Shown: positions 1 through 8,978 of the stretch, piece by piece
Numbering within the stretch: the stretch's first letter is position 1
Layout: every line of letters starts with the position of its first letter
Assembly: GCA_050633245.1 (NCBI GenBank)
Contig: JBOEGD010000018.1
Location: forward strand, 188,084 to 252,083
Origin: Calditrichia bacterium
GTDB taxonomy: Bacteria; Calditrichota; Calditrichia; RBG-13-44-9; J075
DNA length: 64,000 nucleotides
Direction of reading: 5' to 3'
Translations under genes and position numbers: made by a program
Notes under the pieces: generated by a model
Databases searched by the model: none
Seen by the model: the letters and a program-made list of their open reading frames with translations, nothing else
Told to the model about the DNA's origin: nothing

Positions 1-591
1 ATTTCCGATGGATTGGATTTTATTCCTGCCTGTGGGGGAGCAAATGAACTGTTCGATTTTAACGACAGTATTTTCAGACGTTTCTCAACGGCATTTAAAA
101 ATATTGAGGGTAATTATGATTACGTATTGCTCGACACCGGAGCAGGTATTGTTTCAGAAGTGACGTCATTTGTTTTGGCCGCCGATGCCGCAGTGGTACT
201 GGTAACGCCTGATCCGGCTGCTATATCTGATTCATATGCCATGTTAAAGGTAAGCAAGCGATATTGCCCGGGGCAAACATTGTTTTTGGCCTGTAACATG
301 GTCGATTCGTTAGATCAGGGTGAGGTTTTATTTAACAAAATGAACCTGTTAGTTCGAAAGTTTCTGAATGGATCGGTTACAATGGCCGGTATTATCCCCA
401 AAGATAAGCAGCTTCAAGCTTCTGTTCGCGCTCAAAACCCACTGGTTTCAAAAAATCCTCAAGCTGATTTGTCTCGCCGTTTTCGATTAATGGCCAGCAG
501 AATTGACGCACACCTCTCTCGGGTGAAGTTTAACGAAGAGCCATTTTTCGAACGAATTAGTCATAGTCGCTCTCTGAGTCTGGAGTTTTAA
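1..591 (+). CDS. flhG: Flagellar number regulator FlhG/FleN (MinD/ParA-family ATPase), 5'-truncated by the window
   Basis: YDYVLLDTGAGI (Walker B/switch region) and VTPDPAAISDSYAMLK are typical of FlhG; lies upstream of fliA; reading frame is open from position 1. Confidence 0.85.
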   Translation: MSDGLDFIPACGGANELFDFNDSIFRRFSTAFKNIEGNYDYVLLDTGAGIVSEVTSFVLAADAAVVLVTPDPAAISDSYAMLKVSKRYCPGQTLFLACNMVDSLDQGEVLFNKMNLLVRKFLNGSVTMAGIIPKDKQLQASVRAQNPLVSKNPQADLSRRFRLMASRIDAHLSRVKFNEEPFFERISHSRSLSLEF

Positions 592-593
592 GG

Positions 594-863
594 ATGAAAA
601 AAATGGTATACCTGACGTCGGCACTATTGGCTTCTCTTACTTTGATGTTTTCTGTGATTAACGGGAAACGTTTTGTAATTGCGTTTGAGCGAAGTGCAAT
701 TGTTTTCCTGAGTACTCTCGCCCTGGTTGTTTTGTTTGCTCATTTGTTAAGTTGGGGGCTAAAAATGACGTCACTAAAAGCTAAGGATAATAAAAGTCAA
801 ATGTTGGCAAAAGATAGCGCATTAGAAAATGAACGCACTGGCAGTGAAAATACAGCAACATGA
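594..863 (+). CDS. Small membrane protein (two predicted TM helices) in the flagellar operon
   Basis: 89 aa with two hydrophobic segments; starts 2 nt after flhG and overlaps the fliA start. Confidence 0.6.
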   Translation: MKKMVYLTSALLASLTLMFSVINGKRFVIAFERSAIVFLSTLALVVLFAHLLSWGLKMTSLKAKDNKSQMLAKDSALENERTGSENTAT

Positions 864-1614
864 AGAAGATAAGGTCGCGGAATATCTTCAAACCGGAGAC
901 CCTGCGATCAAAGATCAAATTATCGAGGATTATTCCCGATACGTTTATCATATCGCGCATCGACTGATCATACCCTCTCATGCTGTCGTAGATCGTCAGG
1001 ATTTATATCAATGTGGTATCATTGGATTACTGTATGCCCTTGAAAAATTTGATCCTTCACGCGGAGTAAAATTTAAAACATTTGCTTATCCTCGTATTCG
1101 TGGAGAAATGTTGGATGTTTTACAAAGAGAAGGATGTCTTACTCGCCTAATGCGTGAGAAGCTGAACAAAATAGAAAAGGCGGTATCCAAACTTTATCAC
1201 TCTTTATTACGCGAGCCTTCAGTAGATGAAATTTGCGCTGCAGTCGGTATGGACGGTGAAGAGTATTATCGAGTTACAGATGCTGCCGGTCTTATCTATT
1301 CGGCCAGAAAATCTTCTGTCGAAGATAATCTCGCACATATCATGGAGGATGAGAATTCTCGCCCCGACAATATTTTGCTTAATAAATCTTTAAAAAAGCT
1401 CGTTAAAACTGCGATTAAACAGCTACCGGAGCGCGAAAGCCTTATTCTCAGCCTTTATTTCATGGAGGATCTAACGTTGCGACAAATCGGTGAAGTTCTC
1501 AATTTAACTGAGGCACGAGTTTCTCAACTGTTAAATCAAACTATTTTTCGCATACGTACCACAATTGAAGGAATTGAACAATTTACAAACAGTGGTGTGA
1601 TGGATGATCATTGA
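829..1614 (+). CDS. fliA: RNA polymerase sigma-28 factor FliA/WhiG
   Basis: DLYQCGIIGLLYALEKFDPSRGVKFKTFAYPRIRGEMLD (region 2); LPERESLILSLYFMEDLTLRQIGEVLNLTEARVSQL (region 4); flhG-fliA context. Confidence 0.9.
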   Translation: MNALAVKIQQHEEDKVAEYLQTGDPAIKDQIIEDYSRYVYHIAHRLIIPSHAVVDRQDLYQCGIIGLLYALEKFDPSRGVKFKTFAYPRIRGEMLDVLQREGCLTRLMREKLNKIEKAVSKLYHSLLREPSVDEICAAVGMDGEEYYRVTDAAGLIYSARKSSVEDNLAHIMEDENSRPDNILLNKSLKKLVKTAIKQLPERESLILSLYFMEDLTLRQIGEVLNLTEARVSQLLNQTIFRIRTTIEGIEQFTNSGVMDDH

Positions 1615-1867
1615 TGCATCGCCTTCTTTTCGCAAGCGCTTTGAAAAGGGTGAGCGGGTTTCTGGGCATGTGTTGCGTGAACTCCCCGACAATCAGGTAA
1701 TTCTTCGCCTGAAGGGCAGCAATGTTATTGTGAGTTCAACTCTGAATATCAGAACCGGCATGCAATTGACAATGCGAGTAACACGCATTGGCGATACGTT
1801 GGAACTGAGTATAGAAAAAACGATACAAAAGCAAGACTTGCAGCCACCATTTTCCATCACTATTTAA
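1604..1867 (+). CDS. Small beta-rich hypothetical protein resembling the N-terminal module of some FliK-like flagellar proteins
   Basis: GERVSGHVLRELPDNQVILRLKGSNVIV...GMQLTMRV pattern; overlaps the fliA stop. Confidence 0.5.
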   Translation: MIIDASPSFRKRFEKGERVSGHVLRELPDNQVILRLKGSNVIVSSTLNIRTGMQLTMRVTRIGDTLELSIEKTIQKQDLQPPFSITI

Positions 1868-1894
1868 CCTGTAACTACCAGCCATAACGTCAGG

Positions 1895-3052
1895 TTGTCT
1901 TGCATGAACACCGATTTACTTCTGAATTCAATAGACCTTTTTGAACGATTCCCCGATATGCTTTTTATCTTTGATGAAGCAGGCGGCCTTCTGCGTCATA
2001 ACAAAGCTGCATCAGATATGTGCGGTCTGGCTTCAACTAATATACCTCATATAACGTTCGAGGCACTTTTTAAAATGCAGGTGTGGCCGGAAGAATTTCC
2101 GGGTACTATCATCGATAAACAACCCGGACAAACCCTTACCATCCCGGCGCGAATCAGTGTTACCAGTATTCCATTGCCGGTTACATTGGTTTTGCAAAGC
2201 CTTAAATCAGCAGATGATTCACAGAAGGGAATGCTGGTTGTCGCATATGACAATCGTATGCTCCGTGATCGCCATTTGAAAGACAGGAAGCAAATGTGGC
2301 ATAGTCATCTGGCGAAGCGTATGCAGTTGCACCAGGATATTGCCTGCCTTACAGCACATGAATTTTCGCAACCGGTTGCTGTTCTGCGTCTTGAAGTTGA
2401 TGGTATTTTGGCAAAACTACACAATAGCGAGATGGATCAAAACAGTTACCAACTCATTCGATCATTAGATCCGATTCTATTAACACTTGAGCACTTGATT
2501 GCAGATCGTCGACAACAGCACGGAACTATATCTGAACATGGCTTTGAGGCCTTTGATTTATGTCCGATCTTACTTCAGGTTGAACACTTTTATCAGCATA
2601 GATTTCAGGCAAATAGCCTAAATTTTGTCTTTCAGCGAACTTTAAAAGAGGCTTTGATTTATGCAAATAGCCGGGTGCTATTGCATGTCATCATTGAAAT
2701 TGTCAGTTTCTTTGAAAGAAAGGCATCCTTAAACCAATTTGCTACAGGTTCTACTCTCACACTGGGACTGACTGAATCAGACAACGGTTGCTTTATATTG
2801 GACATTCGTATGGAACGCGACTGTTTGACATGTTCGACTGAAATTAACACGGTATGGTCTGTTGAGCTGGAGTTGCTGATTGAAGGGAGTAAGGAGCTAA
2901 TGGCAGCATTTGGAATCCTGGTTTATAGCACGAATGCTCAAAAGTGTTCCACGGTCGTTTTATCGCTGCCACAACACTTTACTGACGAACGTGAACATCT
3001 TAATTCAATGGTTGGTGAGATTGCCGAATACTGCGATACGGAAGGTGAATAA
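1895..3052 (+). CDS. PAS-domain protein with degenerate histidine-kinase core (likely ATG start at 1904)
   Basis: N-terminal PAS (LFERFPDMLFIFDEAGGLLRHNKAASDMCG); H-box-like TAHEFSQPV; no recognisable N or G boxes. Confidence 0.6.
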   Translation: MSCMNTDLLLNSIDLFERFPDMLFIFDEAGGLLRHNKAASDMCGLASTNIPHITFEALFKMQVWPEEFPGTIIDKQPGQTLTIPARISVTSIPLPVTLVLQSLKSADDSQKGMLVVAYDNRMLRDRHLKDRKQMWHSHLAKRMQLHQDIACLTAHEFSQPVAVLRLEVDGILAKLHNSEMDQNSYQLIRSLDPILLTLEHLIADRRQQHGTISEHGFEAFDLCPILLQVEHFYQHRFQANSLNFVFQRTLKEALIYANSRVLLHVIIEIVSFFERKASLNQFATGSTLTLGLTESDNGCFILDIRMERDCLTCSTEINTVWSVELELLIEGSKELMAAFGILVYSTNAQKCSTVVLSLPQHFTDEREHLNSMVGEIAEYCDTEGE

Positions 3053-3053
3053 C

Positions 3054-3767
3054 ATGACAAAACCGGAAGCAATTTCTTCTGCTCGTCTCAAAGACCTCTC
3101 AATAAAACTTCAGGATCTTTCACGGAAACCTGGGCAGGATTTTTGGAAAGCGCTTATTAAGGCCGTTCGCAACTATATTCCATATGATTGCTGCACGCTA
3201 ACGGGTTTGGAAGGTTTGGAACATTCGGACTTTGTCGTGCTTAGTCAGTGGGGAGAAAAAGCTGTAGAATTCCTCGATTCGAATGATACCTTCAGTTCCG
3301 AAAAAGGCATTGCATATGCGTTACGCTGTGGCAACCCAATTGTTATAAATTCCGAAGCTATCGGTGCCGGGCAATTTTGCTCTACACTGTTTTTACCTCT
3401 TCTGTTTGCGAAGATGCCTTTGGGAATTTTGAAATTCGGTTCCTACCTCACAGGCACGTATTCTATGGTTTTGCGCGAGAGCTATTTACAAACAGCTACA
3501 GGAATAGCCTCGGCATCATACTGTTACTATCTTCACCAACAGCTTAACTCGCGCGAAAAACAGGTGGATAGTTTACTATTACGCATTAACAACTCTCAAC
3601 CGGAACCTGCTTCCCTGACTCCATCCTCACAGCTTTTGGCGGTGCAAAAACTTACTGCGCTGTTACCCCATATTGTAGAGAGCCGCAATCAAAAAAAATT
3701 GCGTCAGGTGGCTCAGTTGCTTTCAAAAAGCGTAGATAAAATAATGCTTGAAGCCGCTACCGAGTAG
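3054..3767 (+). CDS. GAF-domain protein with C-terminal coiled coil
   Basis: GAF-like pattern (KGIAYALRCGNPIVIN...STLFLPLLFAKMPLGILKFGS); ATG at 3054 follows the upstream stop, so the longer 2910 start in the ORF track is unlikely. Confidence 0.6.
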   Translation: MTKPEAISSARLKDLSIKLQDLSRKPGQDFWKALIKAVRNYIPYDCCTLTGLEGLEHSDFVVLSQWGEKAVEFLDSNDTFSSEKGIAYALRCGNPIVINSEAIGAGQFCSTLFLPLLFAKMPLGILKFGSYLTGTYSMVLRESYLQTATGIASASYCYYLHQQLNSREKQVDSLLLRINNSQPEPASLTPSSQLLAVQKLTALLPHIVESRNQKKLRQVAQLLSKSVDKIMLEAATE

Positions 3768-3815
3768 CTTCCTTTACATCACTTTATAGAAAATACTTCC
3801 TACCGACTACCCAAC

Positions 3816-3872
3816 CGGACAGTTTTTCCTCCAGAGCGGCAAAAAGTGCAGTACAGATGCGGCAATATTGCA
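3816..3872 (+). promoter_or_regulatory. Putative enhancer-binding-protein (FlrA/FlrC/FleQ-type) sites upstream of the sigma-54 promoter
   Basis: CGGACA (3816), CGGCAA (3837) and CGGCAA (3860), about two helical turns apart and 80-130 bp upstream of the -24/-12 element. Confidence 0.45.
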
Positions 3873-3940
3873 TGAGCTTGTTCATTTCTTTTGCTCTAAG
3901 GTTCTTTTAAACAGTGGTTTAGGTTGTTTTGTGTCTTCCT

Positions 3941-3957
3941 CTGGCATAGAGCTTGCT
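3941..3957 (+). promoter_or_regulatory. Sigma-54 (-24/-12) promoter of the flgF operon
   Basis: CTGGCAT-AGAGC-TTGCT, with exact GG-N10-GC spacing, just upstream of flgF. Confidence 0.8.
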
Positions 3958-3979
3958 CTAAAGCAGATAGAATAACCAA

Positions 3980-4711
3980 ATGCCGAAAGACATGCGTATG
4001 AACATGGAACTTGCAAAGTTGAAGGCCTCGCTGATCGGGCAGGTACGCAAAAATGAAATTGTGGCTAATAATTTAGCCAACATTAATACCACCGGTTTTA
4101 AGAAGGATCGCCTATTCCTTGAACTGCTGGAGGGCGATGAAACTGCCGGCGAAAAGGTTAATTTTCGCACTGATTTTCGCACCGGTCAGCTTCAAACAAC
4201 TGATAACCCTCTGGATGTGGCAATCGCCGGAGAAGGTTACCTTGTTGTTGAAGAGGACTCCGGAGAAACCGCTTTAACAAGAAACGGACATCTGCGAATA
4301 TCAGCAGATGGTCGGCTTGAAACTGCTGATGGCAAGCCGGTTCTTGGAGAAAACGGCTGGATTCAGGTTACAAGCCCTGATGCAATCCTGGCAGATTTTA
4401 CGATTACTCAAAGTGGTGAAATTTATGCAAACGAGCAGTTTTTGGATCGGTTGCAACTGGTAAATTATGAGAACCCTGAATCATTGATAAAGCTGGGTGG
4501 TAATTTATTTCAAGCTACGGATGAGTCTGTGCCCATGTTGATTGGGGATTCGCAGGTTCAGCAGGGATTTTTAGAAAATTCCAATGTAAACCCGGTTGAG
4601 GAAATGGTGCAATTGGTAGAACTTCAGCGGCAGTTCGAAAGCGTACAACGAATGGTTCGGTCGCTCGATGACACATTTAAACTTGCTGCAAATCAGGTAG
4701 GAAAAGTCTAA
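3980..4711 (+). CDS. flgF: Flagellar basal-body rod protein FlgF (start may be 3998)
   Basis: ANNLANINTTGFKKD, TDNPLDVAIAGEG, LENSNVNPVEEMV; precedes flgG. Confidence 0.9.
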   Translation: MPKDMRMNMELAKLKASLIGQVRKNEIVANNLANINTTGFKKDRLFLELLEGDETAGEKVNFRTDFRTGQLQTTDNPLDVAIAGEGYLVVEEDSGETALTRNGHLRISADGRLETADGKPVLGENGWIQVTSPDAILADFTITQSGEIYANEQFLDRLQLVNYENPESLIKLGGNLFQATDESVPMLIGDSQVQQGFLENSNVNPVEEMVQLVELQRQFESVQRMVRSLDDTFKLAANQVGKV

Positions 4712-4728
4712 ATCGAAAGGGAAACAGG

Positions 4729-5517
4729 ATGTTCCGCGCACTAAAGACATCAGCTCTGGGCATGACAGCTCAACAATTAAATGTCGATGTAATTGCTAAT
4801 AATTTGGCAAATGTCAATACAACGGGTTTTAAAAAAAGCAGTATTGAATTTCAGGATCTTTTATATGAAACAGCCCAGGCAGGTAGCGAAATCTCTCAGC
4901 AGGGTTTTGAGAAGCCGTCCAGCGTCCAGGTTGGGCTTGGAAATCGCCCGATTTCAACATTCCGTTCCTTTTCACAGGGCAATGTAAGTCAAACGGATAA
5001 TCCTCTGGATGTGGCGATTAGCGGTAAAGGCTTCTTTCAGGTTTTGAAGCCGGATGGAACGGTTATGTATACTCGTGATGGTGCCTTCAAAATCAATGCA
5101 TCCGGGAACTTGGTAACGAATTCCGGCCTGCGCGTATTTCCGGAAATTACTGTATCTCAAAGTGCTGTTCGCCTGTCCATAGGGCAAGACGGTATGGTTT
5201 ACGCAGAATATGCCGGGAATGTCGAAGCAGAAGAACTCGGACAGATAGAATTAGCAGGATTTATGAACCCGGCAGGTCTCAGAGCCGTTGGGGGAAATCT
5301 GTATGAGGCAACGGAAGCTTCCGGAGATCCGATCTCGGAGGTTCCCGGTGCAGATGATATGGGGCTTCTCCTTCAAGGGCATCTGGAGAAATCGAACGTA
5401 GATGTTGCGCAGGAGATGATTGACCTTATTGTGGCACAACGCGCGTTTGAGGTAAATACTAAAGCAATTAAGACTGCAGACGAAATGTTAGCTATGACCA
5501 ACAATTTGAAGCGATAA
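4729..5517 (+). CDS. flgG: Flagellar distal rod protein FlgG
   Basis: MFRALKTSALGMTAQQLNVDVIANNLANVNTTGFKKS...FQDLLY; YTRDGAF; LEKSNVDVAQEMIDLIVAQRAFE; 262 aa. Confidence 0.95.
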   Translation: MFRALKTSALGMTAQQLNVDVIANNLANVNTTGFKKSSIEFQDLLYETAQAGSEISQQGFEKPSSVQVGLGNRPISTFRSFSQGNVSQTDNPLDVAISGKGFFQVLKPDGTVMYTRDGAFKINASGNLVTNSGLRVFPEITVSQSAVRLSIGQDGMVYAEYAGNVEAEELGQIELAGFMNPAGLRAVGGNLYEATEASGDPISEVPGADDMGLLLQGHLEKSNVDVAQEMIDLIVAQRAFEVNTKAIKTADEMLAMTNNLKR

Positions 5518-5564
5518 GATAATGCAGCCTCAGGGAGATTCGAGGCTGAGAATTAATAGGGATA

Positions 5565-6308
5565 TTGATGACATTTTTAAAGCAAATAAAGGTTGGTTGG
5601 TCACCGAGCCGATCGCTTTTGCAAAAAATATTTTTTTTGTTGATTGGCTGTTGCTCTTGGCAACTGCATGCTGATCAGGCGCTCGATAAACGCGTCTTGG
5701 GCTTGTTGAAGCCACAACTTGCAAAAAATCTCTCCGTCCACCCGGGCAAAATTGAGCTCACGTTGCTCCGCTCGTCACCTACTTCGCTGGGGTTTACACC
5801 TACAGATGAGATCTCATTTATAGCAAAGCAAAAGCGTTCTGAGGCCGGGCAACAGGTCTATGAAGTGCATTTGGTACATCTCGACCGAGCGGTCAGCACC
5901 TTTATAGTCATCATAAAAGTGGCGCTGTGGCGTCGTGCAGTTATTGCAAAACGTGAGATCCTGCCGGGTGAAATTCTTCAACAGGATATGCTGACTATTC
6001 AGGATGTTCTGATGGATAGGAAAAGCAGTGCAGCAAGTGATTCGCTGGCTCTATTTCTCGGGAAAAAATCTCTGGCGCGAATTCGTATGGGAGAGCTTGT
6101 GCCGAAAAATATGATACGTACACCGCCATTAATACAGAGAGGCGATGAAGTTGTCGCTGAATTTAAGCATGGCAATCTTACGATTTCTGCAATAGCAATT
6201 GCACGAAAAAGTGGGAGGTTGGGAGATAAAATAGATCTGACTTGTAAAGATACCGGACAACGTTTGAGGGGAATTATCAGAAGTGCAAATCAGGTCGTAA
6301 TCAATTAA
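5565..6308 (+). CDS. flgA: Flagellar P-ring formation chaperone FlgA
   Basis: SAF-like region (AKREILPGEIL) and C-terminal PPLIQRGDEV...GRLGDKI; position between flgG and flgH. Confidence 0.85.
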   Translation: MMTFLKQIKVGWSPSRSLLQKIFFLLIGCCSWQLHADQALDKRVLGLLKPQLAKNLSVHPGKIELTLLRSSPTSLGFTPTDEISFIAKQKRSEAGQQVYEVHLVHLDRAVSTFIVIIKVALWRRAVIAKREILPGEILQQDMLTIQDVLMDRKSSAASDSLALFLGKKSLARIRMGELVPKNMIRTPPLIQRGDEVVAEFKHGNLTISAIAIARKSGRLGDKIDLTCKDTGQRLRGIIRSANQVVIN

Positions 6309-6318
6309 GGAGCACAGT

Positions 6319-6936
6319 ATGAAACGCGTACCATGCATCGCATTGCTATTTCTTGCTTTGAATTTAAATTCGCTTACCGCGCAACAGACATCCTTGTATT
6401 CAGATGTCAAGGCCCATCAGGTCGGCGACATAATAACCGTTATAATTGTTGAATCATCTGCTGCTCAGCGAGGATCGAGCAAAAACAACTCTACCGATGC
6501 AAGTGCGAAGGTTCGTGGCTCTGTGAGCGGTGATGTCTTTGGGAGTTCACCATCACTGGGAATATCCAGCTCACGAGGCTCCGCATACGATCAGCAAGAG
6601 ATGAGCGATCAACAGGAGCAGCTTAGCGGACGGATCGCCGTTCAAATTCTGGAAAAAACCGATGGTGGTCTATTGCGAATTCAAGGTGAAAGAAAAATTG
6701 AAGTTAATGGCGAGACGAATGCTATCCGACTGACCGGATTCGTACGCCCTCGCGATATCGCTGCGACCAATCATGTTTATTCGTATCACATCGCAGATGC
6801 AAAAATAGCCTATCAGCGTCCCGGGATAAAAAAGAAATTCGGTGGTTTTTTTAGTTCGCTTATCCGCCCTGCTGTATGGGGTGTTGTTATTGCCGCAGCA
6901 ATTGGCAGTCTTAGTTTCGCCGCTGCGGCTCAATAA
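6319..6936 (+). CDS. flgH: Flagellar L-ring protein FlgH
   Basis: SLYSDVKAHQVGDIITVIIVE; LTGFVRPRDI...N.V.S..IADAKI. Confidence 0.9.
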   Translation: MKRVPCIALLFLALNLNSLTAQQTSLYSDVKAHQVGDIITVIIVESSAAQRGSSKNNSTDASAKVRGSVSGDVFGSSPSLGISSSRGSAYDQQEMSDQQEQLSGRIAVQILEKTDGGLLRIQGERKIEVNGETNAIRLTGFVRPRDIAATNHVYSYHIADAKIAYQRPGIKKKFGGFFSSLIRPAVWGVVIAAAIGSLSFAAAAQ

Positions 6937-6959
6937 TCATTTGGTAATGGAAGTGGGAT

Positions 6960-8090
6960 ATGAAGCATATACTCATTGTTAGTTTATTGTCGTTCTTAGT
7001 GGCCGGGCTTTTTGCTCAGAGTCCTGTACGAATAAAAGATATTGCAACGGTGGAAACGACCGGCAGCATTTCTCTAATCGGATACGGATTGGTTGTTGGT
7101 CTCGACGGGAGTGGAGATCGCAGCGGTGGGAGGCGCGGATCTATATTTACAGTGCAGTCAATAAGCAACATGTTGGAGAAGTTTGGAATCACGGTACCCG
7201 CTGCACAGCTTCGTACACGTAATGCTGCCTCGGTAATGGTAACGGCTACTGTTCCACCCTTTGCCAGAAGTGGTGTGCCGTTTGATGTGACCATATCCTC
7301 ACTCGGTGATGCAAAAAGCCTTGAAGGAGGCATTCTTCTGATGACGCCCCTGATGTCCGGTGAGGGAAAGCAATACGGAATGGCTCAGGGCGCCGTTAGT
7401 ATCGGCGGATATAATATCGTTACAGGAGCAGGGGAACGGGTTAAGAAAAACCATGCGCTGGTTGGACGCCTGCCGGGCGGTGGCGTATTAACGATACCAA
7501 CTGCACCATCGGCTGATGCTGTGGATGGCCCTCTTTTTATGAATTTGGAAATACCTGATTTTGTTACAGCCAGCCGCGTTGCCCAAGCAGTAAATGACGC
7601 AATATCTACTGCAGATAATGAACTGGCGAAAGCCATTAGTCCGCGAACAGTTGAGATTTCTTTGCCCGATTCGGTGAACGAACAGTCCGGATTAATTAAT
7701 TTAATAGCAATGATCGAATTACTAACCGTGCAGCCGGACGTTGAAGCGAAAGTTGTTATAAATGAGCGAACCGGTACTATCGTTGCGGGAGGAAATGTTA
7801 CGGTGGGAGAAGTACTCATCTCGCATGGTAACCTGACCATTCACACCCGCCGTTCTCCGGTGATTTCACAACCTGCAGCTTTTGGAGGTGGTCAGACAGT
7901 TGTTGATCAGATTACCGAAACGACGGCTGAAGAAGATGGAAACCCGGCAGTTGTTGTGCCGGAAAACACAACTGTCAGCGACCTTGCTGCCTCACTTAAT
8001 CGTTTGGGAGTGAAACCAAGAGACCTAATCGCAATTTTTCAGGCAATAGACCATGCCGGAGCACTTCGTGCAAAATTGGAAATATTTTAG
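6960..8090 (+). CDS. flgI: Flagellar P-ring protein FlgI
   Basis: RIKDIA...LIGYGLVVGLDGSGD; SSLGDAKSLEGGILLMTPL; AKVVINERTGTIV; LGVKPRDLIAIFQAI. Confidence 0.95.
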   Translation: MKHILIVSLLSFLVAGLFAQSPVRIKDIATVETTGSISLIGYGLVVGLDGSGDRSGGRRGSIFTVQSISNMLEKFGITVPAAQLRTRNAASVMVTATVPPFARSGVPFDVTISSLGDAKSLEGGILLMTPLMSGEGKQYGMAQGAVSIGGYNIVTGAGERVKKNHALVGRLPGGGVLTIPTAPSADAVDGPLFMNLEIPDFVTASRVAQAVNDAISTADNELAKAISPRTVEISLPDSVNEQSGLINLIAMIELLTVQPDVEAKVVINERTGTIVAGGNVTVGEVLISHGNLTIHTRRSPVISQPAAFGGGQTVVDQITETTAEEDGNPAVVVPENTTVSDLAASLNRLGVKPRDLIAIFQAIDHAGALRAKLEIF

Positions 8091-8097
8091 AGGAACT

Positions 8098-8448
8098 ATG
8101 AAGATAGACAATTCACTTCCGATAATTAATACACTACAAATCAGAAATACCGGTGAACAGGGACGCTCGAAAGAAGCCGGTGAAAAGCTGGAGAGTGTAT
8201 TTATTGCAATGCTGGTCAAGGCAATGGAGAAGACACTTCCGGGAGGTTCGTTTGCAGGATCTTCCTCAGGGCTTGCCGGAATGATGTTTGCCAACACATT
8301 GGCAGATGCCATAGCCAGTCAAGGAGGATTGGGATTTGCTGATTCTGTAGCTGAGTCGATGAATTTAAATAACGTCGAGACGCTGAACGAACTTGAAGTG
8401 CCGGCCACAATGCGAGCGTTAAGGCAGTTAAACGGTAATATGCCATGA
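8098..8448 (+). CDS. flgJ: Short FlgJ (rod-capping domain only, no muramidase)
   Basis: EKLESVFIAMLVKAMEKT...GGLGFAD Rod-binding motif; ATG at 8098 with GAGG RBS; follows flgI. Confidence 0.75.
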   Translation: MKIDNSLPIINTLQIRNTGEQGRSKEAGEKLESVFIAMLVKAMEKTLPGGSFAGSSSGLAGMMFANTLADAIASQGGLGFADSVAESMNLNNVETLNELEVPATMRALRQLNGNMP

Positions 8449-8461
8449 AAGGCTGAATACT

Positions 8462-8971
8462 ATGAAACGACAAGGACGTGATCAGAACGATTGGGTAAAG
8501 GCTATTTCTCTCCTGAAGAAGATTGTACAGGATAATCAGGCTTTGCTCAGATTGATTGAGCAAAAACGTGAGGTTTTGCTCCGCGGTGATGTGAAAGAAC
8601 TACGTCAGATAGCAGCAAAGGAAGAGGGGCTTCTTGTAACCCTAAGCACAAAACTTCGCGATTATCGCGACAGTCCGGATTTACCCGGTGCCATAAGCTC
8701 TGATGAGGCTGTGCAATTGTCGAAGCGCTTTAGTAATGCTCCACCAGAGGTGAAAAAGGCTGGTGAGGAAAATCAGCAGGAACTATCAAAGGTTGTATCG
8801 AGAATTAATTTTATAAATCGCCAGAATCGCGATCTGCTTAGAGTATCTATGGAAGTAACCGGTAATGTGTTGGATGCACTGAACCCCATGAGACATTCAT
8901 CGACGATGTATGAATCCAGCGGTAACATGCAATATGGTATCAAAAAAGGAATTTTGGACAAAATAACTTGA
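8462..8971 (+). CDS. flgN: Flagellar export chaperone FlgN
   Basis: All-helical; KREVLLRGDV..L and INRQNRDLL...Y...G pattern; immediately before flgK. Confidence 0.7.
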   Translation: MKRQGRDQNDWVKAISLLKKIVQDNQALLRLIEQKREVLLRGDVKELRQIAAKEEGLLVTLSTKLRDYRDSPDLPGAISSDEAVQLSKRFSNAPPEVKKAGEENQQELSKVVSRINFINRQNRDLLRVSMEVTGNVLDALNPMRHSSTMYESSGNMQYGIKKGILDKIT

Positions 8972-8978
8972 GGGAACT

